The notes beneath the pieces are model-generated. The model had not been told where the DNA came from, searched no databases, and saw only the letters and a list, made by a program, of their open reading frames with translations. Below, piece after piece: positions 50,697 through 64,000 of a stretch of 64,000 bases of DNA. The position numbers were made by a program, and so were the translations under genes. The stretch comes from Phoronis australis. Its lineage: Eukaryota; Animalia; Phoronida. Position 1 is the stretch's first letter; the number at the start of each line of letters is the position of its first letter. Location: contig NMRA01000078.1 of NCBI GenBank assembly GCA_002633005.1, forward strand, positions 1,029,508 through 1,093,507. The letters are read 5' to 3'.

Positions 50697-53600
50697 TGTT
50701 GGCCATATAATAACTGAATCTTTTCAAATCCAATACCATCAATGCTACCTTCTCTGACATAATGTAAGTAAACATGCTAGACTTTACTGGTCTCTGATCA
50801 TATTTAGAATAGAAAGCGTCGCGGTAAATCTTCGATGTCAGCGATTTCGGCGAACAAGCTAGGGTCACACATATATTGTTGAGTATCCATGATATACACT
50901 GGGAATAAAGAATAATAACAATTTGGTAGGAGCTGGCCTCTCGTGGACAAAATTTGTTGAACACAAAAGTTGATTCATAATTCCCAAAAACGTGTGTGTT
51001 GAATGATCAGTAACTCACGTGGGTGTGCCGCACGCTGGGTCTCCTAGAATGTGTATGTTTCAGCAATGCTATTGGCTTGTTTGTGAGTCCATGCCTGGGG
51101 TCACGCCTTTACGCTACATGTTCTTGTAACCCTGTGTCATTTTAATTTTGCTCAAGATGAGACAAGAACCATCTCGAAATATAGCTGTCTTTTTAATCAA
51201 TAGTTTCATGTCTCTTCGCTGTCGACACAGTGAACTTGAGGGCATATCGTTGAAATAGGTCGTGATTAAACTTGTGTGCTTTTTATCCCCGCAACGAGTT
51301 GAATCACTTTTTATCCCAGAATGAACCGGTTAATTCATGCACCCGCCGCTCTTAAATCGAAGCGCGTTTGCAGTTAAATGAAACTACACACTTTTTCACA
51401 TGACGTTAAAGATAACTTTTTTGCTTTCTGTAGCTTATGAACACTACATCAATGGAAACTTGCCTTTTATAAATAGCAGCTCTAGCCTGTACTTACGTTT
51501 TCACTGCTGTGCGAAAAGAAGTGCCGGGGTCAGTGTCATTCATCTCGGTGCATCACAGGGGACTGAGGTGGCTTCAGCCCCCACTTTTTCGGTGCTGCGC
51601 CGCCCGTGTATTATAGAAACAATTGAAAACAGTAATAACATATACATGCCCACGCACATGCGCGCACTCAGACGCACGCGCACGCACACAGACCACGTAA
51701 TTACTAGCTGCTCATAGCTCACTTTCGCCAAGCAGCACCAACCCGCCAGACAGCGATCAGTACCGCTAGGACCTCGGTGAAAAGCAAGACTTCGCAAGAT
51801 TACGTGACATATTGCCCTGCATTCTAAATTAACAAACGTGATTTTAGCTAAATTTTAGCGAGGTTCTAGCGTTAGTGAACGCTAGCTCCCCAGATCTTTG
51901 TGGACAAGCGGTTCCGCAGCGCTACCTACAGATCCCAACCTAGACGAGAGGTTTCAACCTACTAGTATAAAAACCACTAACTCCGTTCCTGCCATTATAA
52001 TACCGGAAAATGCGGTGGGATGCACTAGTTACGAAAAATGCAATTTATTTAAAATGGATGAACAAGGACATCATAAATCCATAGGCTCCGGCTGATGATT
52101 TCGATCCCAGCCGGGTTCAAAAAGCTACAATAAGTTAATGAACTTTAACTAATCAAACAATAGGAGGCGCTGGCAGTGGAATTTATTCCTTTGCTTTAAT
52201 ATTTGTGAACCACTATGTAGTAGTTGAACTTCTGTCCCCCAAATTTGGGTTGGGACTCAATCGCCGGAAGTCTGGCACTCTTGCAGTTCAGTCGTGCTCA
52301 TCAGTAGGCCTACTCAGCTGGAGCGCACCAATATGAAACTTTGAGTACCCTATTTCGTGGAGTATTTCGGAAGTTACGTGATTACACCTGTTATTAGGAT
52401 CAAAACTTTTCATTTATAATTGTAAAACAAACGCTCAATTAATGCAGAAACCAAATGTTATTTCTTTCCTAATATCTGTAACGTGATTTTAAATCCCGGC
52501 CAAAATGTCTAGTTGAAAAACCGGCTGCTTGGGTTTAGTTGGATAAGCTGTCGAAAATTGGAGCAGAAAAGTTATCAAAGGCTAGACTATTCCCGGCATC
52601 CAGCCCAGCAAAGCCACAGGTCGTCGGTACGCATAAGGAATGACCAATGCAAACTAATTGTCGGGTGTGTTGACTAATTTTGCCGATACCTGACATGGCT
52701 GATTATCTGGAACCGTAGGCCTATCTCACGGATAGTCTCGCTGCTAGTCGCGCGGTCGCAAGCTCTTTTATGATAGAACAGGTCACGTGCGGGAGCTGGC
52801 ATTCCATTGATGATCGCATCTGCAGCAAAATGACTACGATGAGTTTTGTCTCAGTTGGTATCTTCAGTTTTTACATCTGACGTATGTGCGTAAATCCTCA
52901 CAGCACGCACAGGCGAGATGAGCTAAGTTTGCATAATACCCTCGGCAGCCTATGGAAATTGATTATTGCGCATCACCTGACAACAATAAATCTATCGCTT
53001 GCTCACTGGAATCGTGCGAGTGAAAACTCTCATACCTTGGCTCTACTGTCAGTAAGAATTTTGAAATCCCTCATCTCTTTTTCGGGTTACTCTTATTTAA
53101 TATGTGTCTCATGATCATTTTGAAACGTCATGTAGGCCTACAACAAAAAAAAAAAACAAGCACACAGGAACTGTCCTCGATGTGAGACCCAGGAACTTGC
53201 ATAACAGTGACCAATGAACGCTGGAGTATCAGCGCTGTTTGTCGGGTTATTAACCATCATCTGACTGAGGAAACAAGACTCGTTGGTCCGTATCACTTAA
53301 CCCAGTTCAATAATAAGAAGAGCGCGACTTTACTGAAGTGATAGGAGTCTGTGTCCTCTCTGAGCACGATGTTCACGCCCGTGACCGTGGCGCAGACTGT
53401 CCCAGATTTTCAAATACTTCTCAACTTTCCAAACATTTGAAACGTGGTCATCGAGGATGAAATCTTTCATTTACTTAGTTTAAAAACTGAGATTTCCCTT
53501 TTCTGCTTCATTTGAACTGAAACTTCTTAAAACAAGTTTACACCAACCAGTTTGTTCACTAAAACTTCTTCCTGAACAGCGCGCTTTGAGCATGACATTT

Positions 53601-54846
53601 TTACAAATTTCACGACAATTATCTACCTTGTATGCTCGTAAGCCCTTTTGTCCATATGTGAAGCTGGAAAGGCACTTTCAAAATTAAATCTTCAGCGTTT
53701 GGCTACGTAGAAAAGAAAAATGAATTAACCATATTAGGTCATAAAATCAATCTCACAACATTTCTTACCGTGGTAGGTCTCTATTTCCGTTACCAAAACG
53801 TCTAAACCACAAGCAATAAAAAATAATGAAAAAATAAAATAAAATAGAAATAACGCGTCATAGTTTGTTGGGGTTGGCCGACACGAAGTTCTAAATTCAA
53901 AAATAGCGCATGTGCGCATTGCCTAAGACTTGAGCTGGAAACGGAAATATAATCCCATCAAGAATACTAGGATACTGATTTTATGACAGTAATAAGTCAA
54001 TCAAATTCCAATTTTGTTTTTTGGGTAGCTATACTTGGTGAATTCGCCCGTCCGGAGTGGTTGGGTGCCAGCACTTGTTCTGTGAACATTTCAAATAAAA
54101 AATAAAATTATTTCTTCTAAAACAAAAACCAACTAACTTTTTGTTTGCCAATCAATCCGTTTTGGATTCAATGGTCGGGGTTATTAAAGTATTTTTCTGG
54201 AAAGTGACGATTCGTTTGTTTTGAGAAAGTTACATCGCATTTGTTGCAAACTCGGTGACCGCGTTCACAGATAGCTGACGTTGTCTCTGACACTTCTGTG
54301 TTTAGATTATTTCAACAATGACAGGACACTGGGGTCATGTTCATTGCAATTGCCTCTGACCTCTCATACCGTTCGAACTTTCACCGTCACATGACTTGAG
54401 TTCCATGGTAACTGGGTCATGGACCCTATGACATTATAAGGAGCATCACCGTGACCCTCGGTCTCAGACGCTGGTCAAAAACTTGGTGAAGAAATGTCTG
54501 TTTTCCTTTGTTCCGTAGTGTGGTTGATAATATGCGCTGTGGTGGTAAGTACAAATGATATGCAGATTTGAGCATAATATTTTATTTATGATGGTGACAC
54601 TGATCTGATTTAAACTTAGCAAAGATCTTACTGAATGGCATCTTCATTGTTGGTCCCCATAATTCACACGGAGTTTGCAAAAGCGCCCACCCCCTCAGCT
54701 CATGACAAGAACTTTTACTCAGAAATTGTTTCTCTTGTTGATAACGTTCAACACTGAATTACAAGCGTTAAATGGTGGGAGAGGGGGCGGGGGGGGGAGA
54801 TAGTGCCTCGGACAGAGCACCCCATTCAGGTTTTTACAATAAAGAA

Positions 54847-55108
54847 GGAGGCAGTGTGGCCTGGTGTGATAGGTATGCCTACGGACTTTCTTTACTCGAG
54901 GTGGTGGGTTCGAGTCCCACTGGGCCAAACTGCTATGCCCTTGAGTCAGGTTTCTAGCTCCTCGGCTCGGTTTTAACTGTATATTAATAAAGCACAAAAA
55001 TAGTTCTAGGGGATCAGTGCAATGGGCCCACATGCACGGCCTGTGTACGTCTGGTACACTTTGTGTACCAAAGTGTACCAGACTGCCTGCAATTATTCTT
55101 TTTTATTC
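54847..55108 (+). mobile_element. tRNA-derived SINE
   Basis: A-box-like GTGGCCTGGTGTG, B-box GGTTCGAGTCCC (54907-54918), non-tRNA body and AT-rich tail; second diverged copy at 13903-14142. Confidence 0.8.
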
Positions 55109-56796
55109 ACGGAATACAGTAACGAGTCTGCTGATAGTACAAAGCCGGCTATCACAGAGGTCGCAGATGTGATCTGGTCAGGAAGCCAGACTGTCGGCGT
55201 TGTTTTACAATATTAATAAATGTTATTGTTTTGTGGTTTTGTTTTGTTATAGTTACTGGAACGAGCCTCTGGTCATAGTACGTTGTTTTTTAAAGTTGTG
55301 TAGGACCTTATTACGTATTTAGCCAATAAGGCCTTCACGACGAGTGGTCTCCTTGCCAATGTGCAAATCCTGGAGTTAATGGCATCAAATGGAAATGGAC
55401 AATTCCGAAATAAACTAATGGAATGGTGCGATTTTCCACACCACCCGATCCTGTAAATATTTTAGTGTTTCATATAGCTTCTATTTTCTTCACGTGGCGT
55501 AACCACTCACTCAGTAGTTTTAGGGCAAAGTTTGAAATAGTGTCCAACCATAGTCTCGTAATACGAACGGCATCCTTCAAAACATAGCCAAACAGAACTC
55601 TATGACGTCAGTTGCTTTTTACCAGTTTGAATGTAACAGGCCAGGCGTGTTTTTGAATATTATACATCTCCCACTTTTTTGAGAAACATAAAGTTAGACA
55701 ACCTTTTTAATTAATTTTTTTATTTTGTCAAGACTAAATCAAGCCGATATGTTTTGTTTGCAGGTAAACCTTGTAGGCTACTGCAAACAGTGTATATTCC
55801 AGTTATTGGGAATTTCCAACAATTCCAAAAACGTACACTAACCGTCGACGAAAATCACAAATAGAGAAAGGGAAATCTACCTTTGAACAACTCTTTCTTT
55901 GGGAGAGAGAACTCTGTCACTATTTTTGTGCGCTTTGAAATGGTTGCAGTTAGACATTATGGATTTTATGGCCGAAAAAACGCACGTGAGGATTGTTTTG
56001 TGTGGAAAAGTCTTCTTAAAGTTATCAAGTTTGACCAGATCTAGAAAACAACAAAATCCGTTGCGTTTTTGTTATTTTATTATAAATCACCAATTCTCAC
56101 CGTTCTCTGTCAAACATTTGCTGCAGTGACCAAGGCCACTTGATATGTTGTGCCATTCGTCGAGGGAGATTTTGTTTCGCCAGCAGAGCATTAGGGTGCG
56201 ATCGTGGTGCATCAGGATCGATTTTGCGCTTAGGCTGATCTCAAAAACTTCCCGATAATGTCTATTTAATAAAAATGGTATTCGTGAATGAATAAACGTT
56301 AAAACAGTAAAAAAACAACAAAAAATACAAAGTCCGTCAGTATAAGATAACGAATTAGAGTTCGCACTTCACGACTAATATAATTTTAATGTCACTAGAG
56401 TTTGATATCACACTGTCACACGAACTTTGCTGCACATTTTTTTCTCCAACCTAAATGTCTCAGCCACAAAGATGTTTTGCTATCTAGTGGGATGGATAGC
56501 AGGTCACTTCAGTCTTGTTTATCTTGTTTATCAAATAATTCGGGTCGTGACCTGGAACGAATAAACAAAGCGGAATAGTTCTGATATGCACGAAATTCTG
56601 TTTTCGACTTGTATTTGTTTTCATTTCGGTTCATTTGCATAAGCATGGAACCAAATGGACTTCCCTAAAATATGACTTTGGCGCGTCATTTGATTCAACA
56701 CAGCTCTCAAATTGATTGCGCTATTTTAGTCCGGGAGCCAGGGGGTTGAACCTGGTTTTGGCGGATTAAGTTTTTTCTTTGCAGTTTCATGTAGAC

Positions 56797-58930
56797 TAGG
56801 ATTAAGTAACCATGATTTAAGGGGGCGACCGTTTGCAACCCTTGAGCATTTTTTTAAATATGCAAATTAAGGTCGCCCGCATTATGCAAAGTTCTATTTT
56901 TGCTTATAATTTCCTTACCAAGCACTGCAGCCCGATAATTTTGACGTTTTACCCATGTTTTCATGGTCAACAAATTTGATAATGCAAGTTTTTAGGAGAA
57001 TACATTGTCAATTTGCATAATTTATGCAAATTAAGGCCGCCATTATGCAAAATTCTATTTTTGCTTAGAATTTCCTTACCAAGCACTGCAGCCAGATAAT
57101 TTTGACATTTTTACTCATGTTTCCGTTGTCAACGAATTTAATGGTGCAAGTTTTTGGTGATTACATTGTCAGTTTGCATAATTGATGCAAATTAAGGCCG
57201 CCATAATTCAAAATTCTTGTGCTTATAGCTACTGTACCAGGCACCACAAATGAACTATCATGTATCTACTTGAATTTCGTGAAATCTGACCTTTGCAGCC
57301 ACATCTAATCATCCCCAGTATGCAATAGGAGCGAGTTGGACACCATGCGGAATTATGGATGATGAGAATGATTTGTTTATGGCATCTTTCTTCCATCCAC
57401 AGTCTTCTGGATCTAGAGCTGGTAACATTCCACCACATGACTGACTGGTAATGGGCTCTGTTTACTTTTACGTTTACATTCTATTGAATGGCTCTGTTGT
57501 CGGTGACAGTTTGGGGGCGGACATATATTTCTTGCCATTTCTCTTCCTCATAACAGTAGTCTGGTTCCTGACATCTTCCTGATTCTCTTCATTCCATAAC
57601 AGGCACGTATACATATAGTGGCCTGTTTCATGACATCAGAAAAATGTGCATTACTGAGTGCCGATGGCAGACAGGTTATGTTGATCCTTCAATATTTTAA
57701 CGAAGGATCCCTTTCCAACTCCACAGTAGCATGCCAACGTATTACACCCCTGAGTGCATGGGCAGGGAGGAGACCTTCACAATATCGCTACATGTTTTCA
57801 CTGTTAACTTTATGTCTACGACTGTTCTACGCCAGTACTAAGTGATTTCATGGTTGTGGTATTTAAAGCTGTTCCTTGTCTTAGTAATGCACACGAAGGA
57901 CAAATACATTTTTGTCATCCGACACAACCTAAAATTTTGTTAAGTTCATATGCACATTTCACGTCATGTTGGACAATAATGGAGCTAGCTTCTTCATGGG
58001 ATGTCTCGTTCTCCAATGTCCTTGTACTACATTAAGGAACAATGATCTTCATCAGTGATTGCCTGCTTGTGTTCCTAACACACTGGTTGCCTTTCTCGAA
58101 GTTTGATAACATTGCCTGCCCCATGCTTATTGTTTCATGTGCGTTAACTGTTGAAGTGGCAATCATGTCGTGCTAATGTTCACCACTGCGTCTTTGGGAT
58201 GGACATTGGGATCCTATAGATCGATGCTGGTATCTACTTTTGACAGATCGGTGCAATATCCTGGGCTTGGGCATCAAGACGTGCCTTACTTTCTTCCGTG
58301 TGATAAGTTTTAGTACAGGATCTACTAACGTTACCGCTCTCCATCTCTCCTAGATCTGTTTCAATCTTGTAGGACAAATGGCAACTTGTGCCCAAAGCTT
58401 AAGATTCTCTTCTTTGAGGGCGATTCCCTACTATTCCCTCATTACTGTATTTGTACCTCATCAATGTGGTTCCTATAAACTGATCGCTCCGAGACCCATT
58501 CCAGCATTCACCCAAGTCATTAAACATTTGCGCTTTTTCTATGGTATGTGAGAACGCAGGGCTACAGGCAATATCTTTTTGGAATTTAAGGTCTCAAACT
58601 GCAGAACACACACTACACAAAATATTTTCTTACTTCATCAAAAAGGAGATTCTGCAAACAGATTTCATTAAATTCATTGACCACTTAAACATGGGTGCAA
58701 ATATTTATAACTAACCTCTGGTGTCTGATGCAGCAGTTAAAAACACAAGTAGAATTTTGAATATGGCAGCTGCAATTTGCGTAAATTATCAAAAACATGA
58801 GATAAATTGGAAAATAATCTACATGTACTTGGAATAGTGGTGTCCATTATTTGCATAAAATATGAAAATTCATCATGCAACAACTTGCAAACTGATTTCA
58901 CAGAAACATGGGCAAAGACGTTAAATTAAA
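56797..58930 (-). mobile_element. AcademX-like DNA transposon relic with degraded XPG/PIN-like nuclease and Cys-rich C-terminus
   Basis: Minus-strand fragments TSHEEASSIIVQH, VVSDDKNVFVL, LPAHAL..G..TLACYCGVGK, RAHYQ...W, LDPEDCGW and MIRCGCK with frameshifts; tandem subterminal repeats of about 163 bp at 56860-57220 with an inverted degenerate copy at 58750-58930; candidate TAG terminus. Confidence 0.65.
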
Positions 58931-60003
58931 TTTAACTTGTTAAATGCATTTATCGTCATTATTTTGACACTTGTCTCTTTATTTTGAGACCAGTCCTTAG
59001 GGTTTATTTTGCATTACTTATCTCTATTTATATCCTCTAGGGCCTACTTTTGTTAGGTTTCTTCAAGTTTTGTGTTCATGTTCTGTACTTTTCCTTTAAG
59101 CCCTTCAGGCAGTTCTTTTGTTTTGTTCCCTCTTGCAGGGCTATTCATTGTACACGCCGGTGGGCGTTTTGTGCATGCCCATCTTGCAGAGTCTTAGTTA
59201 GTTTTATCTATTACGTCATAATAAATGACAAATATTCCCAATCCTCCTCTTGTTTTACTCTGCAACATATAGCTCGTGGCGTGCCCCGGGCAAAATAGAT
59301 TACGATAAAAACTTGATTTTATGTTTGTTCAATGGTTTTGTAAAATACAGTTGGTGCTTGGCTTGCAAAGTGACTCACAAAGTTAAAACTGTTGCAAGAT
59401 AAAACAGTTATCCATTTATAATTGTGAAGGAAGTGGCATTGAGGCTCAATGAGGCCTCAAAGTTAAGGGTCCTATTGCGTTTTTTTTTCTCCGGTCCCAT
59501 CATTTGCGTTGGGGCGATCTAGGGCACATCCCAGTGATCTGAGTACCAATAGTACAGTTTAGTACAAACACTGATTGCATGGTGTCATATATGAGCATAG
59601 TCTGACACGATTCTATAGATATCCAGTTTTCTCCACAACAGAAATTTCAAATGTGACTGGAATTACAAAATTCATGCATATTTGAACGTCCATGTCTACC
59701 CACATTGCGGGAAGCTGCGTGTTAAGTCTTGGAATAAATGCAATTAACTGTTACCAAAATGTTCCAAAAATTTTGCTTAACAAATTATTAATCCCCTGAT
59801 ACTTTCAAGTCGTTGCATGGGTTTTCAAACCTGACGCAAGTAAGGGTCACGACAAAATTCAAACTCGACGTAGTGACGAGCCAAAACAAAGAGCACTAAT
59901 ATGATCATACATCATTTAGGACAAACGCATTAGCATGCATTCAGTGGACATGATAGAAATGACGTTTATACTAGGGTTACAAGACTTGTCTACCAATTAT
60001 GTT

Positions 60004-60216
60004 GAAAATTCTTGAATTTGGGACAAAAAAATTCCTATATATTAAATTGCCAAATTTCTATTTTTCAGGAACTTCAAAATTGTTGCAAATGCTCACAATT
60101 TTAGCAAATTTTGTTTGGTAATAGCTACACTATACAAACCATACTAAAAGAAAAGTAAATTTTTCTGAAAGGTTACTTTTGTTGAGAAATTAAACAAAAT
60201 AAAGTTTCATCTGTCA
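60004..60216 (+). repeat. Interspersed repeat fragment shared with 15282-15457
   Basis: Same ordered blocks as the copy at 15282. Confidence 0.6.
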
Positions 60217-62867
60217 GCCAATATTGTGTCTGAAGAATTTTACCTTGACTCAAACATTTCAGGAATCGCTTTTGTAAATATGAATTTCGAGTATCATCTT
60301 TTGCAAGATTTGCTGTTTTGCATATTTTGATGGTGATGGTGTGTCAGTTTGTAACTATAGACTACCAACAAGCCAAGCACAGTTGCTATTAGGAATTTCT
60401 GGTGTACTTTATAAAGTCATGTACGTCAACAACTGTTGATAATTACTTAAAAGACTCATCAGATGGCATATTTTTAAACCAAACTTTACAACGTATTTGA
60501 ACTGAGTTAATTCAAAGCCTTTTGAGATTTCCTTATTGATTCCTCCCGTGTAGCGGATAATTGATCACAGTTTCAGTTTTTAAGAACGTCTAGGAAATGT
60601 TTTCTAAGTTTTAGAACTGATTTTGTTGCTTTCTTGCCAATTTTTTTCATCATGAGTTTGTATTAGTCACCCGACACCAAGATGTGTCAAGCATTGAGGC
60701 AGCATTGCTGTCAAGCGCAGTATGCCGCACAGCAGCTTTAACAGATAGTTCGGTACAAGTCCCAAAAATAAAGAAACAAGTCAAACAGGCTGATACCTTT
60801 AGTGTCACTAAGCTACAGCATTACAATTATGTGACCACGTCCAATTTTTGCTATGCAATCATGTTATGGTAGGACCTTATCTAAAAGTCACTGTATTTAG
60901 CCAAATATCAACTAACACAACAACAGATTTTAACTAAGTGATATGTGACCATGTCCTTTAGTAAAATTTAGCAAAAACAAGAAGGGTACATCGTTAACAA
61001 AACAACGACAAGAATAACATAGCCTGACTAGAGGGCGCAGCTTATGTGAAGCGTTGCCTTTAGATTTTTGAAAACCATTTTCCTTACCGTGATGTAACGC
61101 TGCCTACATGCCAACAACAATACATTACTTATCTCCCCCTGTTACCCATGAATGATCCAGTTGATTGTGCATGACTGGCAGACATGTCCGATATATCATA
61201 CCAAGGAAAAACATTTTGCTATGCGAATTAGACAACTTCATTATTGGAGTACTCCAAAAACGAAGAAGATAGCAAGCACATGTTCAATCCAAGTTCCGAG
61301 GAATATATTTAAGCTGATCGGCTGATCCATTATCGAAAAAAGCAGTGACATAGTCAACCCCTAACAGCTGACATGTTGTCAAAGTTCACGTTTCGGGCTG
61401 GGTTATTCAAAACTCATGGGGGTAATAAAGCAATCATTTTCTCAGCCAAGAAAATAAAACCTTTGTTAAGTTGTGTCGACTTACACCAGCCAAATGGGAC
61501 AGCTGCATGCCTAAGAGCCGGGTTCACAACTGCTTTTACTGCATGTCAATGTAAGCACGGAAATTTGATTATAATATTTAAATTATAGATAAATAATGAC
61601 TGTAGTACCTTCAAAATATCATTAAAAGATAAATTTAGACATTTTTGACACCAAAGTGATACCAACAAGGATGTAATGAATAGTTCAAAACAAGTGCGGG
61701 CACAGTGCTATACCAATGCAAGACAATTCGGGTCACAACAAACAATACAGACGCTAGGTACACCAGTGTGGTAAAAGGTCAACAATTTCAGACAAAAATA
61801 ATCGCAATAATTGATCTTTCTTCGTTTCTCAAATGCGTCTAACTTTGTGATATCCACAATTTCTCAGAATCATTGTCAGACAGTAGCCTGTGGCATAGAC
61901 CTTAAAAACGCTATAGTACGTAATTGTGATACTGTCTCTTTTATGAAAATTAAAAAATTAAATTTCACTTACCAGTCATATTGTGTCTTAAATTGGTGAA
62001 ATTTTACTATGGCTTGATGAAGAACAGCTATGCATCCTAAAGACAATTTGTGACAACAGGAATAACAAATTTTTAACACTTTAAAGGGCCTTTCATGCAA
62101 ACCTTGACGCGGAGTTACGGATTTATCTCGATGATCTCCAAGTCCTGGCCATTTTTTGTTTTTACCTGAAGAGTCCATATATATTGTAGAGAACTGCACA
62201 GCTGAATTGTATTACTACAACTTTCAAACAATTCGACTACGGTAAAACTTCGCCAATTTAGGACAAAATAAAAAAGATAATTTTGGCAATTATTTTTCAC
62301 TGAAATTGGTGAGATTGTACCGCGCATAGTACTGCACAATTCAATTGAGTAACAGGTAAAAATTTATTAAGTTAGACATACACAAAAATATAATTTACTA
62401 TAAAATTCAACTTTGAAAATCACAAGCGGGGTAGCTGAATTTGAGATATAAGCTGTTTTGGAGACCAATCATAATAGCAAAGTTACACATCACAGCACAA
62501 ATGTACCTATGTTTCTACATAAGGTAAGTGCATTGTTAAACAATGTGGACTTGGTGAGGAGGAATTTGTTACATTATTATTTGTGAATGCCTATCTGTGT
62601 GTTGTAGACATTTTTTTCGACCCCTATGCCTGAAGGGCAAATGAGGGCAAAGAGCTTACTGTACTAAGCTCTATTTTGCCTGGCTTTGTTACACGCTATC
62701 AGTTGAAAAGCACAGCAAAATTACCCTTGAATGCCCCTACCAGCATGACCAGGTGAGAAAAAAACAGCTCGTTCACCATGCCTCTATTCTAGTTTGATAA
62801 AACACCCCGGCCAACCCGCGATCGGGAACGACCGGAAAGCGATCGAGAACGACACTTTGCCGCAAAA

Positions 62868-62892
62868 ATGGCAGACGACGATGATGTACCCG
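62868..62892 (+). CDS. C2H2 zinc-finger gene, exon 1 (MADDDDVP)
   Basis: aaaATGGC start context in a CpG-rich region, CCG|gtgagt donor; phase 1 matches the acceptor at 63592 (G|AT=Asp). Confidence 0.7.
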
Positions 62893-63591
62893 GTGAGTCT
62901 TAGTGTCATTTTCTTCTTAAATAGTGGCTACTTTGGCACGAATGCGACACAGAGAAAAGCGTCAGAGCTTGACCTTTGTTGCCGATCTGAAATGTTGCTT
63001 GGCTTTTGCTTATTTCATCAAATAAACGTCCCAGAAAGTAATGCCTTCCGATAAAACGCCTTGCGCGTCGTTAAGTCGACAAGTTTTACCTGTTCTTAAA
63101 AGTTCCAGAGTTCTAAAGTAAAGAAGTGTGGCGTTTAGAGCTTCATTGCCCCAGGTGACACCTTTCGAAGTTATGTNCTTGTTATTAGCAGTTCCAGAGT
63201 TCTAAAGTAAAGAAGTGTGGCGTTTAGAGCTTCATTGCCCCAGGTGACACCTTTTGAAGTTATGTTTTGTGAAACAATTCGAGATATTTACGAATACAAG
63301 CTTGTCCTTGTGTGAGACGGCGATCGAGAACGAAATCCTTACTTTCATATGGCGATCGTGAACGCAAAAAAAGCGATCGTGAACGCAAATTCTTTTTCTA
63401 TGCATTGGCCTGAATACTCGTTCAAGTAACGGTGTTATGTCAGTTTTACATTTAATACACACCCTGAAATAGGCGCCGGGTGGGTTGATTGTTTATTATA
63501 CTTCACTGTTTTTCATGATTTTTGTGAGATTTAACCTAACAAGTATAACTGAAATGCTTTTGATATTTTTTATTTGAACTTCTGCCACAAG

Positions 63592-64000
63592 ATGAGTCTT
63601 TTCGCTTCTTAACGTCTACACCTTCAAAAAGGAGAACTAGTGCTTGTGACAAAGGACTATGTGTGACTTGTGGAGCTTCGTTTAGTAAAAAATCAACACT
63701 GCTTGACCACATGGCAACAAAGCATTGTGACAGGACTGCAACGAAGACGTTCACCTGCCCAGTGACGGACTGTGGGAAAGTGTTCGTGAGACAAACAAAG
63801 TTTCAATATCACATGAGCCAGCACGCAAACTACAAAGCATTTTCATGTGCTTCATGTGGCAAGAAGTTTTTCAATAGGTACAAAAAGTCACAACATGAAG
63901 CACTGTGCTCAGGAGACAAGACAGTTCAGTGTCATGCCTGCAACCAACGCTTCACAGAGAAAGTGAGCCTAAAGCGACACATCGCGTCACAACACGAGGT
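63592..64000 (+). CDS. C2H2 zinc-finger protein, exon 2, at least 4 fingers, runs off window end
   Basis: Translation contains CVTCGASFSKKSTLLDHMATKH, CPVTDCGKVFVRQTKFQYHMSQH, CASCGKKFFNRYKKSQHEALC (C2HC) and CHACNQRFTEKVSLKRHIASQH; missed by the ORF track because there is no stop inside the window. Confidence 0.9.

Noticed and set aside
54847-54925. tRNA gene
   Set aside because: A/B boxes present but no convincing cloverleaf, and it continues into a body shared with another dispersed copy, so it is a SINE head.
63101-63265. 76-bp direct duplication
   Set aside because: Copies flank a single N at 63177; most likely a contig-join or haplotype overlap artefact.

Overview
Eukaryotic, AT-rich, intron- and transposon-rich genomic DNA, most consistent with an invertebrate bilaterian (taxon cannot be fixed from sequence alone). 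The supplied six-frame ORFs are nearly all spurious. Manual splicing reconstructs a + strand type-I receptor gene of the IL-17 receptor family, closest in recalled motifs to IL-17RD/Sef. It spans 20191-45036, gives about 742 aa without its unidentified signal-peptide exon, and has two FnIII-like ectodomain modules, a Pro/Ser/Thr stalk, a TM helix, a SEFIR domain and a long tail. Its most striking feature is a pair of homologous, same-phase exons (30589-30761 and 36472-36647) encoding the first half of ectodomain module 2. They look mutually exclusive. Duplicated acceptor/stop cassettes just before the TM exon could give soluble isoforms. Three Helentron-associated (HINE/DINE-1-like) elements carry internal higher-order repeats with a co-oriented CTCF-consensus motif about every 147 bp. 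Also present: two TA-flanked pogo/Tc1-type non-autonomous elements (one inserted in a THAP pseudogene), an AcademX-like relic, tRNA-derived SINEs, several minisatellites, and the first two exons of a C2H2 zinc-finger gene at the right edge.
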